A stretch of DNA of 64,000 bases from Candidatus Magasanikiibacteriota bacterium (GCA_018650645.1 JABIFP010000025.1:7976-71975), one strand, 5' to 3'; positions 31,846 through 43,166 are shown, numbered from the stretch's first letter. The notes: a model not told the origin generated them from the sequence alone. Made by a program: numbers and translations.

Positions 31846-32949
31846 CTAATACTGGTGATGCGCATGTCTATAGACACTTTGGACCACACCCAAAAGGAAC
31901 ATATTGATGATAAGAGAAGATCCACCATAACTCACAAAGGGTAGGGTTACCCCTGTAACAGGGAGCATTCCCGTGGCCCCTCCTACGTTAATGAGCAAAT
32001 GCACCGCAAACAAGAGGGCTATCCCTAACACCACATAGGCATCAAAATCGTCTTTTGCCAGCTTTGCCGTGGCTATCAGCCGCCAACACATCAGCACATA
32101 CAGTACCAAAAGGAGCGAAGTCCCTATAAACCCTAATTCTTCCCCAATAACCGCAAAAATAAAGTCCGTCTGGGCCTCTGGCAAAAAATGGAGCTGGCTT
32201 TGCGAACCAAACCCAAGTCCCCTACCATAGAACTGCCCGGCTCCAATAGCAATAATCGACTGGCGCACATTATATCCATATTCACTAGTTTCTGGGTCCA
32301 AAAAGGCCATAAACCGACCACGCTGATAATCTTGAAAAAAGAACATCCACCCAAGCACTAAAAGCGTTATAAACACCATCACCAGTCCTAATAAATACCG
32401 TTTTTTGGCACCCGTTAAATACAATAATCCAAACCAAATGGCAAATAAAATTGCAGCCGATCCAAGATCTGGTTGCAGCAAAATAAGCCCACCCAAAAAG
32501 GCCGTGGCAAGACCGCTAGAGACTACAAATTGCCATTCATCAAATCGCCTACCCTGCCGGGCAATAAGCCACCCCATTAAAAAAATCAGTGATACTTTTG
32601 CAAATTCTGCGGGCTGAAAAGAAAACCCGGCAAGCCGGAACCACCCTCTGGTACCGTTCACCGTCACACCAAAGATGAGTACCCCAACAAGCGCCAGTAG
32701 TGATCCTAAATACGCAATACGCGCAAGCGATTCATATCGCGAAACATGAATCGATCCGGCAATAAAAAAAACTGCAAGCGCAATGGCCGCAGACATGAGT
32801 TGTCTTGGTACAAACGTCAGCTCGGTTCCTTTAGACAAATCCACGCTATACACCGCAGAAAGTCCAATCATCATCAAAATTAAAACAACGATTGTAAGAA
32901 ACCAATCGTATGAACGAAGGACAGTAAATATTCTCCGCAAAAAGTTCAT
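31846..32949 (-). CDS. rodA: Rod shape-determining SEDS protein RodA
   Basis: GTRGWF, FQPAEFAK, QPDLGS, LPEAQTDFIF, LPFVSYGGSS. Confidence 0.92.
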   Translation of the reverse strand: MNFLRRIFTVLRSYDWFLTIVVLILMMIGLSAVYSVDLSKGTELTFVPRQLMSAAIALAVFFIAGSIHVSRYESLARIAYLGSLLALVGVLIFGVTVNGTRGWFRLAGFSFQPAEFAKVSLIFLMGWLIARQGRRFDEWQFVVSSGLATAFLGGLILLQPDLGSAAILFAIWFGLLYLTGAKKRYLLGLVMVFITLLVLGWMFFFQDYQRGRFMAFLDPETSEYGYNVRQSIIAIGAGQFYGRGLGFGSQSQLHFLPEAQTDFIFAVIGEELGFIGTSLLLVLYVLMCWRLIATAKLAKDDFDAYVVLGIALLFAVHLLINVGGATGMLPVTGVTLPFVSYGGSSLIINMFLLGVVQSVYRHAHHQY

Positions 32950-32958
32950 AGCCAGCTA

Positions 32959-33840
32959 TTACGATCCCACTGGCATGTAGATACTTCTATCAAATACATC
33001 CATTGCAGGAATCAATCGAATATTAGTCACCCTATCAAGGTTCACAAATGGACGCAAGTCAATGGCACGCTCTTCTTGTGCGCGCAGTGTTGGTACAGAC
33101 AATGGAAATACGCCAACAATGGCCTTCCCTCTTCTCATTTCAACAAGAAAATCTGCATGCCAATAATCAAATACAGTTTCATTTGTTAAGGTAAATGTGA
33201 TTTTAGAGGTTCCTTCTTCTGTCTCTGCCCCAATGGCAGTATCGGCTGTCATAAAATCGAGTCGATCAGCTACATATGCAGGCACATCTGATACAAAATG
33301 AGCATTAATACGTTCCCAACGAATTCTATCTATTGCAAGCTTCACTGAAGACGGTCGTTTAGGCGATTCAATACCAAGAATACTCACCGCAGCACGTTGC
33401 CCAGGCAAAACTACCACCTCTTTCATTTCAGTTGGCCCAGTTGAAGCTTCATAATGATATGTCACATACGCCACATACCATGCATTTTCATTGGTAAACG
33501 CAGAATGGATGTCATACTTTCCTGGAGAACTCGCAAATACTTGAATTTTTTCTTCTTGAAGCGGGTCTGCCGCAAAAAGCTGCGTTGCTGTTGGAGAAGA
33601 AAGGTCTGCTACTTGCCGCAGTCGCGTATCTTTATCTTGCCAAAGCCCTCTAAACAGATATTCCCCAATCACAAACGTACTAAACGCGATGGTAATAACA
33701 CCCCACGCAATGAGCAGCCCAAAAGAAAGCCGTCGCAAAAATATTTTGTGCCGTACAAACCAATCTCCAACAGCGAGTTCTTTGTTTGTGAACTCCCCCG
33801 TTGGATCAATGTATTGTTCAAAACCGCTTTTCTTTGTCAT
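32959..33840 (-). CDS. Hypothetical single-TM membrane protein
   Basis: Long ORF with one TM, native codon style. Confidence 0.65.
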   Translation of the reverse strand: MTKKSGFEQYIDPTGEFTNKELAVGDWFVRHKIFLRRLSFGLLIAWGVITIAFSTFVIGEYLFRGLWQDKDTRLRQVADLSSPTATQLFAADPLQEEKIQVFASSPGKYDIHSAFTNENAWYVAYVTYHYEASTGPTEMKEVVVLPGQRAAVSILGIESPKRPSSVKLAIDRIRWERINAHFVSDVPAYVADRLDFMTADTAIGAETEEGTSKITFTLTNETVFDYWHADFLVEMRRGKAIVGVFPLSVPTLRAQEERAIDLRPFVNLDRVTNIRLIPAMDVFDRSIYMPVGS

Positions 33841-33894
33841 ACTGATAATAGTGAGAATAGTATACACTATTTTTTAGAAAAATTCTTCTTATCC

Positions 33895-34008
33895 ATGAGC
33901 AAAAAACATAAAAAAAGAATCATAATTGCGCTGATTGTGATTGCCCTACTTCTTTTGTGGGGAGAAATGGGTGTTGGGCTTTTTGGTTCACCTATTGCGG
34001 GGGATTAA
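33895..34008 (+). CDS. 37-aa membrane peptide, possibly a truncated gene
   Basis: MSKKHKKRIIIALIVIALLLLWGEMGVGLFGSPIAGD. Confidence 0.45.
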   Translation: MSKKHKKRIIIALIVIALLLLWGEMGVGLFGSPIAGD

Positions 34009-34019
34009 TAAAAAAACAT

Positions 34020-34514
34020 ATGCAAAAGAAAAGTGAAATAACCGATATTAACGGTACAAAAAAAGATATTGCTTGTCTTTCTTGTGCCATCGTTAATAGA
34101 AACGTCACTCCGCCAGGAGCATTACCCGTTTCAGATTTTTTTGATGCGCATCAAGACTATGAGGTTCCAATCCCGGGATTTATTATTCTTGCATCAAAAC
34201 GACACATTCAAAGTGTTGATGAATTCACAAAAGAAGAACAACAAGACTTCATACAATTTCTTTCCCGCCTGCGTAAGGCTATGAGAGAATCATTAGGGAT
34301 AGAAAAAGTAGAACTTATCCAAGATGAAGATACGCGACACCACTTTCATATGTGGCTTTTTCCTCGATACGATTGGATGGAAGAAAAATTTGGAAGAAAA
34401 ATTGAGTCCATCCGCCCTGCCATGAAATATGCCCAAGAAAATATGAAGACTGAAGAAAATCTTGCAACAATTAAAGAATCTGTACAAAAATTAAAGACAT
34501 TTTTAGAACAATAG
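34020..34514 (+). CDS. HIT-family hydrolase
   Basis: CLSC, PIPGFIILASKRH, HFHMW. Confidence 0.8.
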   Translation: MQKKSEITDINGTKKDIACLSCAIVNRNVTPPGALPVSDFFDAHQDYEVPIPGFIILASKRHIQSVDEFTKEEQQDFIQFLSRLRKAMRESLGIEKVELIQDEDTRHHFHMWLFPRYDWMEEKFGRKIESIRPAMKYAQENMKTEENLATIKESVQKLKTFLEQ

Positions 34515-34524
34515 CCCTCAATCC

Positions 34525-35052
34525 ATGAAAAAAGCTGGAACAATAAAAAAATTGGCTGTATATCGCCTCACTCAAGAACTTGCCAAAGAACATGCTACAG
34601 CTCTAGCGGCAATAGCCAATCAGATTCCTCTGATAGATTATTCTGCAGCTGACATCCTTGCCGAGCATAAGGGTGACCGAATCTTTCATGGAAAATGGGA
34701 GCACAGTTTACTAGTACTGGATGAAAATATCCCTGTCAGCTTTATCATGGCATATGAACGCGAAGCAGAAAGAAATGAGCAATACCTTAAACATTCCTTG
34801 TACATCAGCGAGCTTCTTGTTGCTGAGCAGTACCAGCGTCAGGGTATAGGCAGTGCCTTGATTACAAAATTTCTTGAAATAAACAAGTCATTTCACCACC
34901 TTGAAGGCACGCTTTTATACAGCACACAGACAAATTCAGCCGCCTGGAATCAACATGTCCAAAATCTATATATATCGCATGGTTTTAAGCACACGGGGAA
35001 TAAAATTTACCCCAATAGAAACGATATTATTTTAACCAAAACCTCTGACTGA
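34525..35052 (+). CDS. GNAT acetyltransferase
   Basis: LLVAEQYQRQGIGSALI, LYISHGF. Confidence 0.82.
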   Translation: MKKAGTIKKLAVYRLTQELAKEHATALAAIANQIPLIDYSAADILAEHKGDRIFHGKWEHSLLVLDENIPVSFIMAYEREAERNEQYLKHSLYISELLVAEQYQRQGIGSALITKFLEINKSFHHLEGTLLYSTQTNSAAWNQHVQNLYISHGFKHTGNKIYPNRNDIILTKTSD

Positions 35053-35060
35053 TCATTCGT

Positions 35061-35108
35061 CTCCCCCTTCCCCTCTCCCTTGCTCCCCCTCTCTCCCCAT
35101 GCTACAAT
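35061..35108 (+). promoter_or_regulatory. gyrB promoter embedded in a homopyrimidine tract
   Basis: TTGCTC-17-TACAAT with TG extension; C-runs 35061-35098. Confidence 0.55.
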
Positions 35109-35130
35109 GGATCCGTACTTATAGCACTGA

Positions 35131-37194
<2,064 letters not shown>

Positions 37195-37206
37195 AAAGCA
37201 ACAATA

Positions 37207-37236
37207 AAAAAAGACCCTACGCAAGGGTCTTTTTTT
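37207..37236. terminator. Bidirectional terminator
   Basis: aaaaaagaccct-acgca-agggtctttttt. Confidence 0.8.
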
Positions 37237-37999
37237 ATTTATCAAGCTGCTGCCACAAGTTCTTCCACAAAATCATTTGCGACTGTGCAAAGTCGAAACT
37301 TTTTATGCGCATGCCGTAAAGCTCTGGTAAAAATGAAATAATGTATACCGTATCCCCAATTATTTCAATTGAAGATTTCATTGCACCAAACTTTGCAACT
37401 GGTGCATACCGCAATTCACGGTTAAGTGCTTTGTGATCAGAAAGCGATGTGTCTTTGGGATCATCTTGCCAAATAGTATATGTTTGAATACCACGTTTTG
37501 CTCGCTCATTCAAATATGTTTCCCCATACCCCGCATCTAAAAATTGCTCCACAACAGCAAATGATGGCGTAATTCCATACAACTTTTTGCTGTTACTCAT
37601 CAATATTTTTTCAGCAACGGTTTTTATTCCGTCCTTTCCTTTAAAGAATTCCACCTGTGGCATTCCTTTATGCACCGAATCTTCTTGAATAGGAAAAAAT
37701 GGAAGTGCTTTATCTAATGTTTTGCTCATGGTACTGAGCTCCCGTTGCTTTCTTTCAATAATATTCTTTAACTGCGCAGGCGGCTCTGCTCTATATCTTG
37801 CCACACGAGTTGATCCGGTGAGATGAACAATTCCCTTTTGCTGAAGCGTTTCGAGTGCATGATATACGGTTGGACGCTTGATCTGCGTTTTTTTAGCAAG
37901 CTCTGAACCGCTAAAATGAGTTCCGCTAAGAAGGGCCAGGTACACCAGCACTTCATTTTCTGTAAAACCAAATTGTTTTAACAATGCCGATATATTCAT
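37235..37999 (-). CDS. TrmB-family transcriptional regulator
   Basis: FGFTENEVLVYLALL, RPTVYHALETL..KGIV, VEFFKGKDG. Confidence 0.85.
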   Translation of the reverse strand: MNISALLKQFGFTENEVLVYLALLSGTHFSGSELAKKTQIKRPTVYHALETLQQKGIVHLTGSTRVARYRAEPPAQLKNIIERKQRELSTMSKTLDKALPFFPIQEDSVHKGMPQVEFFKGKDGIKTVAEKILMSNSKKLYGITPSFAVVEQFLDAGYGETYLNERAKRGIQTYTIWQDDPKDTSLSDHKALNRELRYAPVAKFGAMKSSIEIIGDTVYIISFLPELYGMRIKSFDFAQSQMILWKNLWQQLDK

Positions 38000-38169
38000 A
38001 TATATGTATAGTACCCTGTGCATTGACTGTTGTCAACACTGTCTTGACAGACTACTTATTTAACTCTATTTAGCTATTTTACATAAGGAAGATACTGTCT
38101 ACACCATATTGACAAAATGCTTTTTCTATGCTATAGATAGTGTAGTTCTTTCACAAAGAAAGAGGTCCC

Positions 38170-39210
38170 ATGAGCTCTATTTCACTTTCCACAGAATTCC
38201 GTCTGGCGCGCGAGTACCCTGGTAAAACTCTCCGAGACCTTGCCTTGCACGGCTTTCGTTTGGAGCAGCTTGAAAAATTTGAAGCTGGCGAAATGAATGA
38301 GGACGGCAATCCCTTGATCCAAGGTGCTCACCTACTACGCCTTGAAAAGCACCTCGGTAGTGCGCTGTACCACTTTGCTCCAGACAGTACCCGTTCCAGC
38401 CGATTGCTCCATGAAGTGTACCTCGCGCTGGCGCAGTTGAGTACGACGCCTCTTAAGTTGGCAGACATAGCAACCACACTGCAGCTGAAGACTGAAGACC
38501 TCTACGACGTCTGGAGAGGAAAACGAGCACTTGACCTTGAGGCGGGTAAGGCACTGCTCGGTTTGATCTCTCGTCTGCAAAACTGCGAATTTGCACTACC
38601 TGCGGCATACGGAAGGAGGATCTCCGCCGCAAGAAAGCGAGAAGGCCTTTCTCGAGAGGAACTTGCTCAAGCCGTACGAACACACCACTCCGTTGTGGAA
38701 ATGTGGGAGACTGATGAACTCTACCTAGCCGACGACCAGCATGCCGCGCTTGAATCGGTGTTAGGGCCGATGGAGAAAAGCCCAGCACACTGCAACGTGG
38801 ATCTCACGGCGCTCCTCAAGTCGCAGAGACATCTCAAGTCGAGGAGGCTCCAATTTTGGATCAGCGCAGCAAAGACAATCCGCATCGTGCGAGATGAAGG
38901 AGCCCCGCAGAGTGCTGACTGCCTTACGTGCACAACAGGTGACCCCATCAGAAAGTCTCCCCGCATAGGTAGGCCTCCAAAGATAGAACCTCCAAAAGAA
39001 CCCTGCAATTGGCCCCACATGCGTGATTGCACGCACCAACCAGCGGAAAGCCTCGCCATTCTCAGTAGCGACGAATCACAGCGACTGATGGTGGTATCCG
39101 AACCCAGCGGAGAATTGTGGGCACAGTACCTTTTTGAGAATCTGCACGCAACCGATTCCTACACACAATCCCTTCAATCCTTCCTCCGTGATTTCAAACC
39201 GCTCCGTTGA
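38170..39210 (+). CDS. GC-rich cassette ORF 3, XRE-type HTH protein
   Basis: ISAARKREGLSREELAQAV...WET; second HTH-like segment; TTGACA-17-TATAGA; SD AGAGG. Confidence 0.7.
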   Translation: MSSISLSTEFRLAREYPGKTLRDLALHGFRLEQLEKFEAGEMNEDGNPLIQGAHLLRLEKHLGSALYHFAPDSTRSSRLLHEVYLALAQLSTTPLKLADIATTLQLKTEDLYDVWRGKRALDLEAGKALLGLISRLQNCEFALPAAYGRRISAARKREGLSREELAQAVRTHHSVVEMWETDELYLADDQHAALESVLGPMEKSPAHCNVDLTALLKSQRHLKSRRLQFWISAAKTIRIVRDEGAPQSADCLTCTTGDPIRKSPRIGRPPKIEPPKEPCNWPHMRDCTHQPAESLAILSSDESQRLMVVSEPSGELWAQYLFENLHATDSYTQSLQSFLRDFKPLR

Positions 39211-39349
39211 GCCCAGCTCCGGAGCACCCCCCTTTTTTTAAAGGGATTTTTTTATAGAAAAAACTGCATACCAATTGATATGCAGTTTCCTATGGTGGAG
39301 CCATAACAGCTCCACCGGTCATGCCGCATTACTGCGGCGCTCCTTATGT

Positions 39350-40036
39350 TCAGTCAGGACTCAGGCGCACCAGCCGGAAGCCCACCGTCGGCGTGAGTGT
39401 GTTCGGGTCGAAGCATGAGAAGTCCTTGAACCCATGCCCCGGCATCGTCATGAAGTTCCGTTGCCCGTGCACGTAGTTGCAGCGGCCCTCGCCATCCGCA
39501 CTCCACTCAGAGACGTTCCCCCAGGGGCCGCGAATGCGACCCGCAGCAAGCTGCGGTACCGGCGTTGGCTTGTTCTTCAAGCAACGTGGGACCTCCCTCC
39601 ACGGACATCCCACCGCCCCATCAGGACCGTCCGTCAGGTGGATGGCAGCCGCCGCCCACTGCACGCGTGAAGCCATGGCGTAGGTACCCTTGTGTGTCCG
39701 CGAGTACCACTCTGCGTAGATCTTCGCATCGTACCAGCTGAGCCGCATCGGTGCGTCGAGCACCTGGTTCAGCTGAGTGAGATGACGCGGATACGGCCGG
39801 CTCGAACTGTTCACGAACTGCGCGTACTCACGCACCGTGACTGGATCACGCGCGATGGCGAAGGCCTTCTTGACCTCCACACGCTGATACCCGTCTGGCA
39901 ACCACCTATCGGTGGACGTTCCCATCTGCGCCTTATAGACGCCGGCCGGAACCGTTTCAAACCGCGGGAGTTCTTCAACTCCCGCCAGTGCGCTGCCGCC
40001 AAGCAGCACACTACATATCGTCATCCAAAAGCGCAT
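39350..40036 (-). CDS. GC-rich cassette ORF 4, secreted FGE-sulfatase/SUMF1 (C-type-lectin fold) protein, divergent
   Basis: Signal peptide; VTVREYAQF, SWYDAKIYAEW, GNVSEW, VGFRLVR; SD AGGGAGG. Confidence 0.75.
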   Translation of the reverse strand: MRFWMTICSVLLGGSALAGVEELPRFETVPAGVYKAQMGTSTDRWLPDGYQRVEVKKAFAIARDPVTVREYAQFVNSSSRPYPRHLTQLNQVLDAPMRLSWYDAKIYAEWYSRTHKGTYAMASRVQWAAAAIHLTDGPDGAVGCPWREVPRCLKNKPTPVPQLAAGRIRGPWGNVSEWSADGEGRCNYVHGQRNFMTMPGHGFKDFSCFDPNTLTPTVGFRLVRLSPD

Positions 40037-40158
40037 GGCTTTCCTCCCTGTTGAGTCTCAAGAAAACATGTATTCTGATATGCTATAGATATCAGATTTG
40101 TGCGGTTTCGTCAATGGGAGGGTTGAAAAAAAGCATGTTTTACGCTACACTCATGCAT

Positions 40159-40440
40159 ATGAAAAAAATACTAGATCAAAAACGACAATCACTCGCCAAT
40201 GTAGATGCAGGACTCCTTGCACTCCTTGAACGGCGTGTTGAACTTGCCAGAGAGTTTGCAACTATCAAAAAAGAACTCGACCTCTCTACTTTTTTACCAG
40301 GAGTTGAACAACAAAAGATTGCTTCGCTCAAAGAAAAGACCCATGATCCGTTTGTAAAAAATGCAATCGAAATTTTATGGCCGGTACTTTTTGGTGTCTC
40401 AAAAAAACTACAAGACGAGGTACGCGCAGAACATAAGTAA
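40159..40440 (+). CDS. Stand-alone chorismate mutase (AroQ-like)
   Basis: RQSLANVDAGLLALLERRVELA..IKK; 93 aa from ATG 40159. Confidence 0.7.
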   Translation: MKKILDQKRQSLANVDAGLLALLERRVELAREFATIKKELDLSTFLPGVEQQKIASLKEKTHDPFVKNAIEILWPVLFGVSKKLQDEVRAEHK

Positions 40441-40493
40441 AAAAAAGCGGCCAACCCAAGGGTTGGCGCGCAAAGGTCATGAGGCGTCAGCCC

Positions 40494-40928
40494 CTACTGC
40501 GAAGCGCAGTACAAGAGCCGAACGGCGTAGCGCTGAGGTGCGAAGCCGATGTCGACGACCTGACGGTTGTCATAGTCGCCCTCCGGCATCTCTTCCTCAG
40601 TCTTCATGACGTCGTGGTCGTCCATGGCGATGAACTCAGCGTCGTCGCGTTCCCCCAGCAGCAAGTCCACAGAGGACCCGTTCTGAGAGAGCAGGTGAAA
40701 CTGCAGCGGCTGACTGACATGAATCCGGAGATTCGTGCTACCCCCCGCCGGAACGCTGAGCAGATCACCCCCATCGAGGACGATGATCAGCGGCTCACTA
40801 CCGGCCTGCAGCCTGAGATCAGTGCTTTCGCACGCCCCCTCGCCGCCGTTGACTTCTTCTTCAGCGCCAGGATCACACCCGGCAACCCCGCCAGCCAAGA
40901 TAGCCAGCACCAACACATATCGTTTCAT
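40494..40928 (-). CDS. GC-rich cassette ORF 5, putative lipoprotein
   Basis: MKRYVLVLAILAGGVAGC lipobox; TTGACA-17-TACACT; SD GGAGGG. Confidence 0.7.
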   Translation of the reverse strand: MKRYVLVLAILAGGVAGCDPGAEEEVNGGEGACESTDLRLQAGSEPLIIVLDGGDLLSVPAGGSTNLRIHVSQPLQFHLLSQNGSSVDLLLGERDDAEFIAMDDHDVMKTEEEMPEGDYDNRQVVDIGFAPQRYAVRLLYCASQ

Positions 40929-41077
40929 GGTCCCCTCCAAGGATCATTTTTGTTATGCAGCATTTGGCCGCATCTGAACAGTGTAGGGTCAAATGAGCAA
41001 TTTGTCAATGATGATATAGGCATTTTTCAGGAGGCCACCCTATTGACAAAAGCCCATTTTTATGGTATAGTTCTGCG

Positions 41078-41295
41078 TCGAATTGGTGACCTGATTTCAG
41101 CCTAGTTGAGATGAGTTCATCAGTGGTATTTGGCTAATTTTAGCGAAATATCCAATTGACTCACCAGTAGAGACGGAGCTGAGAAGCCACTCTTGTTACC
41201 TCTGTGACAACAGCGGTTTCTCAGTTCCATACATCAACCACCTCTCCTTCACACCTACCTTTGGAGAGGTATTGCTTCCCGCCAATGGCGGGTGA
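41078..41295 (+). ncRNA. Highly structured ~230-nt leader or candidate ncRNA
   Basis: Follows TTGACA-17-TATAGT (41043-41071); at least five stem-loops. Confidence 0.45.
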
Positions 41296-41307
41296 TCGGA
41301 GAGCCGC

Positions 41308-42123
41308 ATGGCTCGCCTTTTCGTTCTGTTCCTGCTCGCCGCCCTGTCCACCGCCTGCGGCGGGAGCTGGGAGAACAGCTACGCCACCAAGAACTACGCG
41401 TGGGGTGAGAGCGATGTCACCCCGAAGCTGAACCCCAAGCAGCTCCAGACCTGGAGCAGCCTGACGGGGAAGATCTCCCGGTCCTACTACCCGGACGGCG
41501 TGGCGTTCTCGAAGTACCAGAACGTCGACACCTGGGATGCCAACCCGAATAAGGAAGGATATCACCCGCCCAAGCGGATCTCTTCCAGTACGGACATGCA
41601 GACAACGGAGAAGGCGCTTCTGACCAAAAAGATCCTCAGGATCTGTATGCCGAGCGCCCCGAAGAAGTGCAACAGGTCCACGACCATTCGCCTCTTCGTT
41701 CCCTTCGAGCAGCCGGACTGGAAGGTACACCCGGAGGGCCTCGTCGCCCATCATCTGATGGGCGACGTGCTCACGCAGCAGGATACCTACACGCTGCTGC
41801 TCCACATCGCCACTCAAATCCGGCAGATTCGCCAACGTAGGTTCCAGCAGTCCTGCAACGAGCAGGGCACGCCTGAGAACCTGCGACGAGTGTGCACGTC
41901 AAACATGAAAGAACATGGCTTCCTCCGCGACTTGAAGCCGCAGATCAACCGGTTGAAGAAGTCCCTATCCATCGGAAGGACGATCTCTGGCCCCTACCTG
42001 CCAATCCAGGAACTCCGAAAGGCGGACAGCGCTCTTGGCGACTACCTGGCCTACCAAAAGGGCGGCACCAAGCTGCACAACCACAAGGAGATGATGGCCC
42101 TCGCCGAGAGCCTCCTCCGTTAA
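41308..42123 (+). CDS. GC-rich cassette ORF 6, putative lipoprotein
   Basis: Lipobox LSTAC; SD GGAGAG; terminator aggcccgc-tccg-gcgggcct+T. Confidence 0.7.
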   Translation: MARLFVLFLLAALSTACGGSWENSYATKNYAWGESDVTPKLNPKQLQTWSSLTGKISRSYYPDGVAFSKYQNVDTWDANPNKEGYHPPKRISSSTDMQTTEKALLTKKILRICMPSAPKKCNRSTTIRLFVPFEQPDWKVHPEGLVAHHLMGDVLTQQDTYTLLLHIATQIRQIRQRRFQQSCNEQGTPENLRRVCTSNMKEHGFLRDLKPQINRLKKSLSIGRTISGPYLPIQELRKADSALGDYLAYQKGGTKLHNHKEMMALAESLLR

Positions 42124-42295
42124 TCACTCTCTACTGGCATCAGGCCCGCTCCGGCGGGCCTTTGTCTTATACGCAATATCCGCCAAAGCCATAGCGTAGG
42201 AGGACCCAAAGATATCCCCAATCCTCTTGACAAAACCACCAAAATTCGGTATATTCTGAATACATCGGCCTAGGGCCGTTTTTAAATACATTCGT

Positions 42296-42475
42296 ATGAA
42301 TGCTTTGGCAAATTACTTCAAAGAAGCCATCAGCGAACTCAAGAAAGTCGTGTGGCCAACGAAGACGCAAACCAAGAACTATTCACTGATTGTGATCGCC
42401 ATGAGTATTGGTGTTGCCCTCTTTTTCGGAATTTTAGACTTCATCTTAAAACAAGGAGTGACTGCACTTATCTAA
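42296..42475 (+). CDS. secE: Preprotein translocase subunit SecE (59 aa, below ORF-track cutoff)
   Basis: ELKKVVWP motif plus one TM, directly upstream of nusG. Confidence 0.93.
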   Translation: MNALANYFKEAISELKKVVWPTKTQTKNYSLIVIAMSIGVALFFGILDFILKQGVTALI

Positions 42476-42509
42476 GTGCTCCACTCGCCTGTCTCCTTAT
42501 CTTACTTCT

Positions 42510-43055
42510 ATGGCTAAACAGACCCTCGACCTTGGAAAACGTTGGTACGTCCTCCACACATATAGTGGATATGAAGAAAACGTAAAGCGAAATCTGGAAC
42601 AACGTATTGATACCTTCGACATGCATGACAAGATTTGTGCTGTTATGGTGCCCAAAGAAAAGAAAATTAAAATCAAAGCAGGAAAGCGTGTCACTGTTGA
42701 AGAAAAAGTTTTTCCAGGATATGTACTTGTAGAAATGGTAGTAACAGATGATTCTTGGTACGTAGTACGTAATACACCAAACGTAACAGGATTTGTAGGA
42801 GCAGGAACAACACCAGTACCAATCGATCCAAAAGAAATGCTTTCACTCCAAAAACGTGTAAGCGATGATGAACCACTGCACAAAATCGACCTTGATGTTA
42901 ACGATTCGATTCAAATCATTGATGGACCATTTAAAGGATTTGAAGGAAAAGTTAGCGACGTGGATGATGCACGTGGAAAGATCAAGGTACTTGTGAGCAT
43001 GTTCGGAAGAGAAACTCCGGTAGAACTCGATGCACTCCAAGTAAAAAAAGTATAA
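42510..43055 (+). CDS. nusG: Transcription factor NusG
   Basis: WYVLHTYSGYE, FPGYVLVEM, KOW, MFGRETPVEL. Confidence 0.97.
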   Translation: MAKQTLDLGKRWYVLHTYSGYEENVKRNLEQRIDTFDMHDKICAVMVPKEKKIKIKAGKRVTVEEKVFPGYVLVEMVVTDDSWYVVRNTPNVTGFVGAGTTPVPIDPKEMLSLQKRVSDDEPLHKIDLDVNDSIQIIDGPFKGFEGKVSDVDDARGKIKVLVSMFGRETPVELDALQVKKV

Positions 43056-43068
43056 CCCACTCCCCTGT

Positions 43069-43108
43069 GTGGGGAGCCTAGTACATGCATGTGTGCTGCG
43101 CTCACCAC
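43069..43108 (+). promoter_or_regulatory. Putative L1-binding leader before rplK
   Basis: GTGGGGAGC...GCGCTCACCAC with internal hairpin. Confidence 0.5.
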
Positions 43109-43166
43109 ATACGGTGACAACATGCCTATCACTATAGGGCTTCTCATGTTACAAATTTGAATCTAT

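Noticed and set aside
40479-41105. 208-aa plus-strand ORF (also 41221-41835 minus and 56955-57683 minus)
   Set aside because: GC-rich antisense shadows; the opposite strands carry promoter, SD and lipobox or PP2C motifs.
41175-41229. Stem ending in CCA as a tRNA or SRP RNA
   Set aside because: Single long hairpin with no D/T arms and no SRP domain IV motif.
42124-42295. tRNA-Trp or rpmG often found before secE
   Set aside because: No cloverleaf, TTCGA arm or L33 ORF seen.
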